Assembly (NCBI GenBank): GCA_028534125.1
Contig: CM052821.1
Location: 52,390,001-52,454,000 of the forward strand
From: Lama glama
Taxonomy: Eukaryota
Length of the DNA stretch: 64,000 nucleotides
Direction: 5' to 3'
Below the pieces are notes generated by a model that was given only the letters and a program-made list of their open reading frames with translations, was not told where the DNA came from and did not search any database. Of the stretch, positions 24,501 through 37,340 are shown one piece after another. Every line of letters starts with the position of its first letter. Positions within the stretch are counted from its first letter, which is position 1. Both the position numbers and the translations under genes were made by a program.

Positions 24501-27500
24501 TCTGGCGGTGCTAAGGAAGAAAAAAGCCAGTACCCAGGCCAGGCAGTGGAGGCAGAGACAAGTCCAGCCAGGTGTGACCGGCACAAGGCTGCGAGCGCTC
24601 CTGGTGGCACCAAGCACAGTAGGTGTCAGATGCTAAAGAGAGGGGTTCGTCAGACCCCTGGTAGGAGGCGTCAACTTGCACAGTTGGAGGCTGACAAGTG
24701 GCTTCAAGATCACACGAAGTCACAGACCAGAGAGCGTGGGTGAAAGGGGCTTGGACAGAGCTGCTGGGGCATCCAGCCAGCCTTGGGGGCCTGCTTCTCA
24801 TCCTAGATGCAGAAGGGCTTCCTCGGGACCCTCACAGAGCTTGGAGTATGCCCCTGAGTGCCACAGGGATAACACAGTGGCTGGTGTCTGTCTCAAGCCC
24901 TGTGGCAGTGGCATCATGCTTTGCCCCTAGTTCAGGCAAAGGAATGTTTCCCAAGGGACAAGTGGCAGAGTGAGCCGGCCTGGTGTTTCTCTTAGATTCC
25001 TGGGCTGGCAAGAGGGGCAAACAGCCCAGGGAAGAGGACTGGAGTGGACCCTGGATTTCTGGAGCCATGGCAGGAGGGAGAACCACAGGAGTGGCCCCTG
25101 AGTGACCATGAAATTGCCCCAGGGAGTCCACGCCACACCCTGCAAGCGCACAGAGACAGGGCCAGTGTCTGCAGGCAGGGCTTCTCTGCCTGTTCCCCCT
25201 CCTCCTGGTCACCTGCCACCACCTAGCTGACACGTGGGGAGGCTTGAAGCAGGGATCTGAGGGGGGAAGGAGAGAAGAGGGCCCTCGCCCCTTACTCTCA
25301 CCCCCGATGGCTTTGGAATGGGCTCAGTGTCAATCAGTTCCAAATCCTGGCTGTGACTTAGGGTTAGAGACTTGAAGAACTAGGTCTCATCTGCGACTGT
25401 AAGTGACCGCAGGACTCTGACTTGCTTGGAGTGGCTGAAGCAGCTCCAGGCGCAGAGGCATCTCCCCCATGCCCAGAGGTTGCTTTGGGATAATTCTCCA
25501 GGATGTGCTTGCATCCCTGTGAAGCCTAGGCCCGCACAGGCACAGATAGGCAAGCACTTCAAAGAGACTCGAGTGTTTTCTGCAGGAGGGACAGATTGGT
25601 GGCAGGAGAGAGAAGGGGCTAGGGGTGGCTCACTTTCCAACACAGGTTTGAAAGGAAATGAGGTCGTGGGAGGTGCGGGGAAAATTTGAAGGTCGGGTCC
25701 AGGGGGAGATTTTCCGGATGGGAGAATTGTGAGCTTGCATCAGTGTGGAGGGTGCAGGGCTGAGAACGGGAGGGCGCCCCTGCTGGATGAGGTCCCTGGC
25801 CCCTGTGGGAGGAGGCTGGGAGCAGGGCCAGCCAGAGAGGGATTGGGAAACAGTTGCAGCCTGGTGTCTGGGAGTCCCTGCTCCCCAGGGCCACTCCAGC
25901 CCAGCCCTGGTGAAGTGCTTGGCTACCTGTTATGCACCTCCGAGGCCTCTCCTCATGCTACCACTCCCCCCCCCCAACACAACTACAAGCACAGATGGTT
26001 GCACTGGGCAGCACAGGCTCCCACCACTTAGCCTTGCTCACCCCCACTCTGCAGGAGATGGAGTTTTCAGGGATGGCACATCCTCTGTCCCTCACTTACT
26101 GGCAGCTCCAGGGACTGCTAGGAAGCCTGGGGCCTGGCCAGAAATGGGGGCGGGGGTGCCTGGGAGAAGTCCAACTTCTGGAGGCACCAGGCATTGGTTC
26201 AGATCCTGACTCTGTCATTAAAAGCTGTGCAACCTTGGGCAAATCACTTTACTTCTCTGAACCTCGATGCATTCTCTGCAACAAGGGGAGAACAGTGCCA
26301 ACCTTACCAGCTGTCATGAGATAAAATGGGGCCAAGAACACAGCACGCCTGCCCCAGGGCCAGGCTGCCTTTCCCCAGAGACAGGGAGGCAAGAAAGTCG
26401 GACCAGTCCTAAGTTTTCACCATGAGTCTGGAAAGGCAAATGCCAGCCTGACTCTCCTGCCCACGTAAGTGACAGGCCTATGGCACAGGGCATCTTGGCA
26501 CCGGGTGGCCTCTGGGCATGACAGGACCCGGAGGACTCCTGCTCCCTGCCACAACCTAACACCTCGGGCCCTGCGCTGGGCTGGACCTTGGGGAGAGGGT
26601 GGTGCCCTGGGGCTCGCCTGACTTCCAGAGGGGAGGCTCTCATGCCTGGGCGGGGATCTGAGCCCTGTGCCAGCCAGCAGGGGATCTGAGCCAGGAGAGC
26701 CCTCCCTGCCAGCAGCCTCCTCCTGCACTTCCCTACCGGCTCCTTTGCCGCCCTTGTTGGGAAAGACTTTATCTACCACCCGCTGATGCCTGATTCCTTT
26801 CTCCGGTTCTTCTTTTGAATCTGTGGGCGCTTGAACTGTGGGTTTGCAAGCTGGTTGGAGGTGTCTCACTCCCACCTTGGGCCCAGGGACCCCATGCTGA
26901 GCCCCTGAGGGGAGGGATTTGCAATCAAGAAAATCAAGAGTGTGGGCGGGGTGCCCACCCCCAGCACAACACCCCCCTTGCCCACCTCCACTGCTCCAGA
27001 ATCCAGCGTCTTCTCCTCTCCAGCCAGGCCTGCCTGGCACTGCCCCCCAGGGATCTACAAGCCATCCTGCTTCTGCCCTGCCTGACCCGGCTTGGGCTCC
27101 CCACCAGAGAGGCGCAGCAAGGAGTCTGAAATCAGTTTACAGGGTCAAGACATGCAGTTAAAAAAAATAGCACATGGAGCATTTCATTTGTAGTAAGGGC
27201 GCTGTTCTGTGACCTGCTTTGTTATATTCATATAACTGGGTTCAGACAGGGTCACACTACAAAGTGCATCCCTTAACTTTGGGCCACTGTTAAAAATTTT
27301 GAAAGTCCCTGGCCTGGAGGATCCAGTCCACACATCCAGGCCCCACGTAGCCTGGCTTAGCTGCCCTTCGTCCTCCCTCCCTCCCTGACAGATGCCCCAC
27401 CCCCCAGGTTCTTGAGCCTTTGTGCAGACTATGCCCGCTGCTCTGAGTGCCCTCCTGTTCCCTTCCTTTCCCTGGGCAACGGGGTCACCCTCTGGGTCTG

Positions 27501-29957
27501 CGGGACTCACTGGCTACCTCCCTGAGCTGTTCCTGGCACGTGGTTCCGCCTGTACCGCACAGACCCTGAGGCATCACTGCGGATGACCAGAGTTCTAACC
27601 TCCACTGGGCGTGCTCCCTTTTGCAGATGAGAAAACTGAGGCTCAGAGAAGGAAAAGTTTTGCCCAATAAGCACAGTAGTTAGTAGTGATGGAGAAGGGA
27701 TTTTAAGCTGGGTCTCTTTGAGCCCATAACCCCACAGCTTAACCATTCTTCTAGACTATAATTTAAAAATCTCAAAGCAAGGGAAAAAAAAAACTTCTTA
27801 AATGAAAGAACCACCCTCTTTTAAAGGGAGCCAAAAATTCAGAGGCCATTCCCCTAAATTTGGGCCATCTAATAGGCAGACAGACGCATCTGGCAGCCCA
27901 CGGGGGTCGGAGGATGGTGGTACTCTGAACGCAGCCTGCAGCGTTAGGGGGACTGCTACTGTCATCCAGTTCAAAAGCTTGTGGCTCCCAAAGTGGAAGC
28001 CAGTGGCCTCATGAGCCCTGTAAGACTGGTCCTGTGGCAGGGCCAGCCAAGCATCCAAAGAGGGCCAGCCAGAGTCCTTCCCTGCAGCGATGACATCCCC
28101 TTCACCCCCAAGAATCTGGCACCCTCCCCATCACTCCCCTCCCTCCCCACGCTCTCCACCCACCCTGGCCCACTCACTGCTTCTCTCACCATCAACTCCC
28201 CAGCCAGGCCCTGGCCCCAGCTTCCCCCTCAGCCTGGAACTCAATCCCTTCCATGGCACGGAGCCAAGGGCATGAGAGTCCAGAAGTGGTGATCAAAGGT
28301 ATCCATTCCAACTTAGGTAGATTTTAAATGAAAACACTTTGATTCTCCAGCTACAGAAGAAAGCAGTTCCTACAGTCTTTATTTTAGGCACGGAGTTTTG
28401 CCCTCCAATTTAATTCTGGCATCTCTCAGAGGTGTGCCTTTTTTTCGAGGCCCTTCTGAAGGGCTGCTGAAAAGACACAGATGCGGGGCTGCTGGTTTTA
28501 TCACAGGACTCCGGCCATTTGCCTGAGCATCAATCCCAGGACGCCACAGAAAGACAGGTGAGCCCTTCAGGACACAGGCATCAAACACAACGGGTGGTGC
28601 GTGGCCAAGTGGCTGATTAGGAAGAAGCGTGAAGCAAGCGTTGGAAGGCAACCTTTGAACAGAGCATGTGTATTCTGGAGATTTTAGTGCTGATGCCCTC
28701 GGAACACTGCCATCAGACTGGCTGTCACATCTTTCAACACCTCCAAATTACAAAGATGCTCACGGATGTGGCTTGCCTAGGGGGTGGGGTGGGGGTGGGG
28801 CATTTCCACAGCCTGCCTGCATCCGGTTCTCACGCCTTCAGACTAGGACCCTGGGTGCACAGTGGCCATGTGGGGACACTAACCAGGTGCAGAATGTCAA
28901 GTGTTTGGTCTCAGGACTCTGTAAGCTCCACGAATGTTGACTGGTGTCTTTACAGTAGTCGCCTTCCTTTTAGCCTATTTTGGAAGACAAGTTGCTCAAA
29001 CTTTGAAACTTGTTTGAGGGTGTGGCCTGGGGCAGCAGGGACGCGGTTTCTTCCTTTATATCCAGCTCACCTTCAAAGAAGGGTGTCTGGATGGGGTGGA
29101 GGTGTGATACGGCCAACAGGTGGCGTGAGGTCCTGCTCCTTGTCTCTGAATGGGGGTGGGAGAGATGGAGTGAGGGGGTCAGACCCCACCAGGACGCCCC
29201 CTTCAGCAAGGAGTGTGTGCCCCCCGAAAGTGCCACTGCCCCCAGGAAGGGAGGTGACTGATGAAGCCGAAAGTGGTGAGATAAAGGGAAGTCTCTGGAC
29301 GACAGGAACCCAGTGGAGGGGACCCAGCCCAGCTGGACAGGGCAGGGGCTTCATGGGGAGGAGATCCTTGGAGCCGGCGCTTTGTTTTTTAAATTATAAT
29401 TCTTCAGAGCGCACTCCCCATTATAAAAGTGAAACATGCTCACTGTAGAAATTCTAGAAACCACAGCAAAGGATCAAGAAGGACGTCGAGCTATGTGTAG
29501 TTCTGCACCCCTGCCCGCCCCCCCCCCGCCCCCGACGTCACAGCTGTGAACATTTTGATCTTTCTTCCCCAAGCTGAAGTTTGAAGGAAGAGTAGGACGC
29601 AACCAGGATTAGGCAGAGGGTCGCAGGTGGGGCTTTAAGCACAAGAAAGCTCTTGGAAGAAGCTTCTACAAGTCTGGAAACAGGACATGGAGTTGGGAGA
29701 CTCCAGAGCCATGGTGGAGTTGAAAGAAAGGGTTTGGGGTGGGGGCTGGGGAAGGTGGGGGCGTTGAAGTTTGTCCCGGAAACATAGGGAGCCTCTGTGC
29801 ACTTCTAAATTGGGAAGTGACATGATCACATGTCATGTTAGGAAGATGACAAGAGAAACATTCAGAGGCCCAAACAGTCTTCCTTAGCCGCCTAAAACCC
29901 TTGCATTGGTGACTCGACTTGTTCTGTGGGATTCCAACCCTCTCCGGCCCCCAGCCT

Positions 29958-30010
29958 CTTTTTTTAAATTTCTTTTATTGAAATATAGTCAGTTTACAAT
30001 GTTGTGTCAA
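29958..30010 (-). mobile_element. Extreme 3' terminus and poly(A) of a younger L1 (camelid/cetartiodactyl-type)
   Basis: ttttttt...tttattgaaatatagtcagtttacaatgttgtgtcaa, the reverse of an L1 tail recalled from camelid genomes. Confidence 0.6.
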
Positions 30011-32543
30011 TAATAAACACTTTTGGCTGTCAACATACTAACTCCTTCCTGTGGACGCTTTCGCCAGATCACTTTTATCCTGACTTCTCTTAAATCCCTA
30101 CCCCCCCAAAGATCTTATACCCTCCAAGCAAAAAAATCACTCAATTACCCTCCATCCTCCTCTCCTTCCCCTTCTATATCCTCCAATCTGCCAGTCTGGT
30201 CCTTCCCTCCCATCCCGCCCTCTTCCCTCCCAACCCTTGATGCTTTCCACCCAGGAGGTCAGCGAAGACCCTGGTGGCAAAGCTGTGGCTCCTGCTCTTC
30301 CTCATCTTGGCCCTGACCCTGCAGACACCTTCCTCTCCCAGCCTACACCTTCTCTCTCTGGTGATTCTTACACAGTGCACCTCTTAAGTTTGGGTACTTG
30401 TTCCTCGGCTGTCTGTACTCTCACCTGCTCCAGGTGAGCTTGGTCATGCCCCACACCTCTGAGCTCCTGCACATTCAGAACCACAGGTGAACACCCCGGG
30501 GAGCAAGGCTGGCTTTGTCATGGGCTGAGAGAATGGACCAGAAAGGGCACCATTGAGAAAGTACCAGAGTTCAACTTTGACTAAGAGGTTGTAGTCACCA
30601 GCGGAGCAAGTAAGAGGACACCTTCCAGGCCAAGGGAGCAGCAGGAGTTACAACTTACCCAGGCAGTCACCCAGCATGGCTCAAAAGTGGGGTATGGGAG
30701 CGGGGAGCGGGAGCCCGGGAGGAAAGGGTAGCCCAGGGCGAGGGGAGAGGGCCTTATCTAAGTAATCTGCGGCAAGAACCAGATGATGGCCGTGAGTCTG
30801 CGGCTGAGCTCCATGGATCCCGGGGAGGCTATTTTATATACACACGCTATCTCCTGGGCCCCAGCTCCTTAGGACAGGTCTGAGAAGGGGAGTTGCTGGT
30901 TCAAAGGGTCTGCATGTTTAATTTTTAATTTTTTTCATTCTCCAAATATTTATTGAGCACCTACTATACACCAGACAATGTGCTTGAAATACACTGTTAA
31001 TATGACAAAAAAAACTCCTTAACCCAAGGAACTCATAGTCTAGTGTTAAAGGGAAGTCCCACCAATAAAGGGTATGCATGTTCTGAATTCTGATATGGGT
31101 TGCCAAGTGTGAACTTGCCTTCAGAAATGTGTCCCTGGGCCCATGACCAGCACCGTGGTGAGAGCCTCTCCGGTCTGTGTGAGGACGCGCTGCCTGATGG
31201 GAGGCCTCCCCTGCACCTGGGCTTGGGCTGCACCCACTTGATGCCACCTCCCCCGGCAAACTGGCCCGTCAGCAGCAAGCAGGGACCAGGCCCAGAGCCT
31301 CAAAGGGGCTGCAGCTCCGGCCTACCCTGTCTCCACCACAGCCCACACAGTCTTGGGGTGGGGAGGGAGTCGGGGGGTGGGAGCAGATACCCACCAGGCC
31401 TACCACCTCCTCCAGGCAGCCTGTCCCCATGGGCAAGGCCCACAGTGCCTCCCTGAGAGGTCCCAGTTGCCATGCGCTGGGGCCTTCGGTGGTCCTGGAT
31501 GTGTCCTCCTGTTGCCACTGGCAAGAGGCTTACATAGGATGGTACTGATCACTGTGACAGAGAAGTGGGGCTCAGAGTGGTCAGGTCACTTGGCCAAAGT
31601 CTTCTAGGACTCAAACCCAGGCAGGTCAAACTGTCCTTGCCAGGAAGCCAGGCGCTCCACCTGCCAATTTCACACCGACTTCCTCTCCCTCCACCTGGAG
31701 GCTCACCTAATCACCCCTTCCCTTCCTCTGGCTTTGGCCCCACCCCAGTGCCTGACACCTGCACTCCCCCTACCCTGAGGCCCCAGCTAGACCCACAACA
31801 AGCAAGGAAGCAGGTGAGGGTCAGATCCTGCTTCCGGGCTCATGTTTACCCAGAGCTCCTGTCCACTCCCTCCCTCACGGCAGTCCTGCTGCTCCACCTG
31901 GGCGGAGAGGAGCCCAAGGCTCAGGGAGGGCAGGAGGCTCACCCAGCCGCACCTCACACCAAGACCACACCCTGGACCCCAGGCACCTCTCCTGGGGGCA
32001 TCATGTCTCCACCCTGCTCAGAACTCCTGGGGTCGTCTGGCCAGGAGTGGAATTCATCCTGCTATTGTTTGTATTTCCCAGGCACCCCCTGGGTACCAGG
32101 CACTGTGCTGGGAGTCAAGGATTTGAAGCCAAGTAAGTCCACACATGTTCTGCCCTCTAGCAGCTCACTGTCCACACAGGGGGGCAGACGGCGCGGAGAG
32201 CAGCAGCCTTAATGGGAATGTATCCCCTCGAGGCACCAAACACACGTGTGCCTGAGACCACACGTGCGTGTTCACAGCCATAGACGGGAACACCTGGAAC
32301 GTCAATTATAACTAAATAGAAGGCAGTACATTCATTCAACAGGACGCTCCACAGCAGGGGTCGACAAAAGTGTTCTGTAAAGGGCCGGATAGTAAATATT
32401 TTACGCTTTGCGAGCCATATGGTCTGCATCACAGCTACTCAACTCTGCTGTTGTGGGGCAAAAGCAGTCATAGATGAGCTATGAATGGATACGCATGGCT
32501 CTGTTCCAATAAAACTTTATTTATGGACGTGGAAATGTGAATA

Positions 32544-33073
32544 TAGTCATCACTTGGTATCCACGGGGGATTGGTTCCAGGATCCATCACAGATACCAAA
32601 ATCCACAGATGCTCAAGTCCTTTATATACAATGGCATAGGATTCCTATGTACAGTCGACCTTAAACAATGAGGTGGTTAGGCGCACCGACCCCCCGCACA
32701 GTCGAAAATCCAAGTATAACTTTACAGTTGGCCCTTGGTATCCACGGTTCCACATCCTCCGACTCAATCAACCGTGTAGCACTGTAGTATTTACTATTGA
32801 AAAATATCCACGTGTGAATGTACCTGCCAGTTTAAAGTCACGTTGTCCAAGGGTCAACTGCACTTCCAATCATCTCAAGATTACTTACAATACCTAACAC
32901 AATGTGAGTGCAGTGTGAGTTGCTGTAAATACTGTGTACAAGGTTGCCTTGTGCACTGCAAATTCAAGTTTTGCTTTTTGGAATTTTCTGAAAAAAACTT
33001 TTTTCCAAATATTTTCGATCCACGGTTGACTGAATCTGCAGATGAGGATCTGGCGGATACGGAGGGCTGACTT
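32544..33073. mobile_element. MER2-family (Tigger) MITE (split)
   Basis: ggtatccacgggggattggttccagga ... gcggatacggagggctgact, with TA on both sides. Confidence 0.85.
32652..32860. mobile_element. Short Tigger2a-derived MITE (Tigger2a_Art-like)
   Basis: TIRs cagtcgaccttaaacaa / ttgtccaagggtcaactg; 209 bp; preceded by TA. Confidence 0.8.
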
Positions 33074-35875
33074 TATTGTATAATTTTCACATGCCGTGAA
33101 ATACGTATTCTGTTTCTGATTTTTTTGCCAACAATTAAAAAAATATAAAAACCATTAATAACTCACAGGCCGTACAAAAAGGCAGTGGGCTGGATTAACC
33201 TCACGGGTCAGGGTTTGCAACACCTGCTCCTTAGCGATGGAAATAAACAAACTTCAACCACACTGTCAACTGGATATATTTTCAAAAACATAATGTTGAG
33301 TGAAAGAAGCAGGTCACAAAGAACATGCACAGTGTCATTCTGATTACACAAAGTCCAAAAACAAGCCAGACTAATCTATATTGTTTAGGGATGCAAATTA
33401 AAGGATAAAAGTATAAAGAAATACCAGGAAGCCATTGCCTTAAATTGAGGAATGGTGGTGCCTCTGAGGGGAGAGGGACGGTCTTGGGGTGGGGACCAGG
33501 GGCTTTGGGGCACACGAATGCTCTCTTTCTTGCCTAGAGGTAGACACACAGGCCTTTGTTTTATAATATTTATTGCACTTCTCTGTGCCTGTATTATATT
33601 TCACAATTTAAAAAGAGAAAGCAATGACAATGGGACCTATTGGGATGGCATCTCAACCCCTACCTGAAGGCATTTATAATTCACGAGGAATTATATCCCA
33701 GTGCGAATGGTCTCCCACAGCTCTGCTAAGAGACGCTCCTCTCCAGTCAAACTGAACCTCTCACCATTCCCGCCCCCGGCTCTGCCTTCTGGCCTCCCAG
33801 CCTTTATTCATGCAGTGCCTGCCACCCACCCACCTGCTCCGCCTCCGCCCCGCCTCCCCCTCCAATACTCCCCCTGCCCACCTCCAGCAGAGAGGTGCTT
33901 CTCCTCCGCCTGCCTCGAAAGCTCTTTATTGGGATTAGACAAAGATGAAAAGCAGAGGCCAGTCCTGACAGAGGCCTGGAGCTGCAGGAGGGGAGGCAGC
34001 AGGCTCCTGAACATCTTTTGGACAACAAAGGGAGCGGTGACACCTGGTTCCAGAGCAAACGGGGGAGGGGAGGCAAACCTGCATAGGGAACTCTTGCCTT
34101 GGGTTGTGTTCTGTGGGTGAGTCTCACAGTTTCCACCAGGCTGAGAGTAGGGGCTGTGGCTTGTTCACCACCAGTTCCCCGCCAGTGCCTAGAACTGGTC
34201 CACTTCAATGGATATTTGAGAAATAAATAAAGCCCAGAGTTCTGAAAAGGCCAGGAAGGGAAAGGAGACTGACATTTGTTAAGGACATCAAGGTTCAGAA
34301 AGGTTAAGTAACTTGCCTGAGGTCACACAGCAGTCAATAGACAAAGGCAGGACTTGAACATAGTCTGTGTGGCCCCAAAGCCTATGGAGGTGACTGAGGC
34401 CTGGTGGAAACAGGGCTAGAGCAGGTGTGCAGCTGCTCCTGGGAAAGCAGAGCCTCAAGCTCAGAAGATTCACTTCTAGGGGAGAGCCGTTGCCCATGAG
34501 AACATAGGTGGCCGCCAGACCCTTTGAGGGCTCAAGAGATCAGAGGAGAGTAGGGAGAGGATGGTTGGGAGCAAGAAAAGTCCTGAGATTAGATCCCAGA
34601 GTGGGCTGGAGACCCCTGGAAATGTCAGAGTGATCCCCCAGGCTCTGATGATCCCCCAAGATGTTGAGCTAGCCAACTGAATCTTGCACTTCCGTTGGCT
34701 CTGCTAGGCTGGCAGGTGGCTGACTTTCCCTGAGTCCTAACTATGTGCCCTAACCACTCAGTCTCAGGATGTGTTAACAGGCAGGCACTACGATCACATC
34801 CATTTAACACATGAGACCGTTGAGGCACAGCAACATTAAGAACCTGCCCAGAGGCCCAGGGTGAGTCACAGAGCTCAGATTCAAACTCAGGCTGAATGCT
34901 CGTGGCCTGCACACAACCTGGCATCATGCAGTTCAGGGAAACAGCGCATTGAGCCCCGGCTTCAGTGAGGATGCTCCCCAAGACACCTGTGGACACGGTT
35001 GAGGGCTGCAAGCTGGGTCTTGGTGCTGGCGGTCGATGGAGCTGGTTGCACTAGGCTGATGGGTGAGGTCAGGGGAGGTCGGGGGACGTGGGAGAGGCAG
35101 GATTCCTTCTACCAAACCCTCAAAGCTCAGAGATAAGAGGGTGGGGAGGGGCATGGCACCCACAGAGGAGGGACTAGGAATAATGGGGTCCTGTCTGCTG
35201 ATCCAAGAGGTTCTAGGAGACCACAAGGTGTTTCCACCTCTTGTGAAAGAGCAGAATTTCTCTTTTGTATAGTGTTTGTTGCAATACTGGGGGAAAAAAA
35301 TCTGTTGTTTGTTTGCAATTAAGACAGTTACAAAAGTGCAGCCCGCAAAGTCTCTTCCTCTCAGTTACTGGGATGAGCCAGGTCCCTTTTGGGGAAGAGG
35401 GACCACACAAAAAGAAATGATGAGAACTAGGGGGAAATTAAGTTAAAAATGAGTATGAGTTCCAAAGCATTGTCACCATCAAAGTGCATCTTTGCATCCC
35501 CATCTCTAGTGGGGCAGGAGGGGGAATGCAAGGTGCGCAATATTAAAGGAGATAATATGGCAAGGGGTCTGGCCCCTGAGGCCTGCTCAGCTACCACACA
35601 GCCAGGTCTTGCCTCCCTAGGGGTATAGATTTTTCTGTGAAGGATGTTCTTTACAAAGAAAGACAGAAGAGTCCCGGGTATCAAGGGTCCTGGCTCAAGG
35701 TTCAGGCTCACTCGGGTCTGAACTTGACCTCTACTCACCCTGTAGGCCTTGAGCAAGCTACATGGCCTCTCTGGGCCTCAATTTCCTGTTCTTAAGTGGT
35801 GCTAGTGGGGACGGCTTCCCAAGGGTGCCTGGAGGAGGCTGAGCGTGTGTGAAGCCAGCTTACGTGCTCATAGAG

Positions 35876-35921
35876 GCTAATTCATGATAATAAGAATAGC
35901 TAATTCATGATAATAAGAATA
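35876..35921. repeat. Perfect 23-bp tandem duplication
   Basis: GCTAATTCATGATAATAAGAATA twice. Confidence 0.95.
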
Positions 35922-36746
35922 AGATAATGTTGTTCATGGTATAAAGGGGAGGCAGAGGTTGGGGGGCAGCTCCTGGAAGAAGAAGGAAGGCACCCAGCCT
36001 GCACCGTAGGTGGGGATTCTGGGATCACAAGACGGTTGGCACTGCCCAGGTGAGGCTGAGACTCAGGGACTTCAGGGTCGGCAGCCCTGGTGAGGGGCAC
36101 TTCTGGGGGTTCTCTGGCCTAGATGAACTCACCCCAAGGCCACCGATCCCAGGGCCTGGCGTAGATCCAGGTCAGCCAGCTTCTGAGGGGGAATAGGGAC
36201 CAGGGAAGGGGTGCAGCATTGGCCCCCAGAAAGTAAAGCTGTGGCCTCTGGTTGTATTTCAGGAAGTGGGAGGTCACCCTCTCTGGCAGTTCTTGCCCCC
36301 AGCCCAGTGCCCCCATGGCCAGCGGCTGGCCTCCCTCCTGTCCCCTAGCTAACATGGGCCACAACACCGCTTGCTTGGCCATCAGATGCCTTGGGGGAGA
36401 GCTGTCCCTGCTCAGTGATCCCGCATCTAACCCAATGCCTCTGACACAATGCCTCCCGCAGCAACGCCCACCCACCTTGTTGAAGGGCCAGGAGGTCAGG
36501 CTGTGCTGGGAGGGAGGCTGGAACAGCCTCGAGGGAGGAACACTGCCCCCGCCTCTTCAAAAGCCATCTTGGCAAGGCATTAGCTAAACATCTCCTGGTC
36601 CCTGAAGGCTTCCCCTGTGAAGTCTGCAATGTTCAAACGCAACCAGCAAATCCCCCGAGACAGGTCCCGGGAATTAGCCGCCCGGCGGATGAAAGCGGCT
36701 CTGATGTGTGTGAGCCAGAGAGCATGCGAGAAGGGAGACCGCGTAC

Positions 36747-36846
36747 CTGCGAGCTGCAGGGCCCAGGGGAGCAGGAACAAGCCCAGAAGTCGGGGGGCCA
36801 AGTGGGGGCCCGGTGGGGCACACCACCATGGAGGCCAGCTCTCCAT
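36747..36846 (-). CDS. NFAM1: NFAM1 coding exon 1 (signal peptide)
   Basis: ATG at 36846-36844; translates MESWPPWWCAPPGPHLAPRLLGLFLLPWALQLA+G, resembling the NFAM1 leader (human ...LLLGVLLLPGTLRLAG, recalled). Donor GCAG|GTACGC; 100 nt, phase 1. Confidence 0.93.
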
Positions 36847-37340
36847 CCTGGCCTCCGGTCAGTGTCCCTCCTTCCTCTTCAGCTCACAGGAGGGGACAGC
36901 CTGCTGGCAGCCACAGTTCCCCTTCGCCTCCCCACCAAGCTCCTCCCTGGCCGCCCTTCTGCTTCCTCAAGGCGTCCCCTTGGCTACCTCATCCCCTCAA
37001 TAACTCCGGACTTTCCGCGCAAGCAGTGGGAACAGCCCCGGGCTGGCGGGTGCCAGGTGAGGGATCGGGGCTCACATTGGTCCAGGAGAAGAACCCAGTG
37101 GGGTATCTCCCCTCCTCGGCCCCTGTCCAGCTGGCGGCCTGTCCAGAAGCCCTGGTGACAGAGGGGCCCCAGGATTCCCATGGGTAACCCCAGGGCTGGT
37201 TTAGCTGCTCACATCTGAAACTTTTTTTAAAAAAAACAACCACATTCACAAAAACTTCCCCTCTGAGAGACTCAGGAGCCTCTTGATGAATGTGCTTCTC
37301 AGAGAGCAGGGTTTTGGGTGGGGGCGGAAGTGGTTGGGAG
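36847..37340 (-). promoter_or_regulatory. NFAM1 proximal promoter region: no obvious TATA box, PU.1/ETS-rich
   Basis: Immediately 5' of the ATG. PU.1-like GAAGAGGAA (about 36872-36880), GAAGGGGAACTG (36914-36925) and AGAGGGGAAGT (about 37254-37264); RUNX AACCACA (37238-37244); GC-box/ETS GGGGCGGAAGTG (37321-37332); kB-like CGGACTTTCC (37007-37016). Locally CpG-enriched. Confidence 0.6.

Larger units (their letters stand above)
32355..33226. mobile_element. MER58B-like hAT-Charlie element (split)
   Basis: Starts caggggtcg...tctgtaaagggccggatagtaaatatttt, ends gggtttgcaacacctg; degenerate 8-bp TSD ctccacag/ctccttag. Confidence 0.85.
32230..33620 (+). mobile_element. L1ME-type 3' region hosting nested DNA transposons
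   Basis: ...tacattcattcaacagg [insert] ...aacataatgttgagtgaaagaagc...ctatattgtttagggatgc; the L1 sequence continues across the insertion. Confidence 0.7.

Noticed and set aside
28666-29448. Longest gap-free ORF (260 aa, plus strand)
   Set aside because: Antisense within NFAM1 intron 1, no recognisable domain, G/S/R-rich composition typical of chance ORFs in GC-rich DNA.
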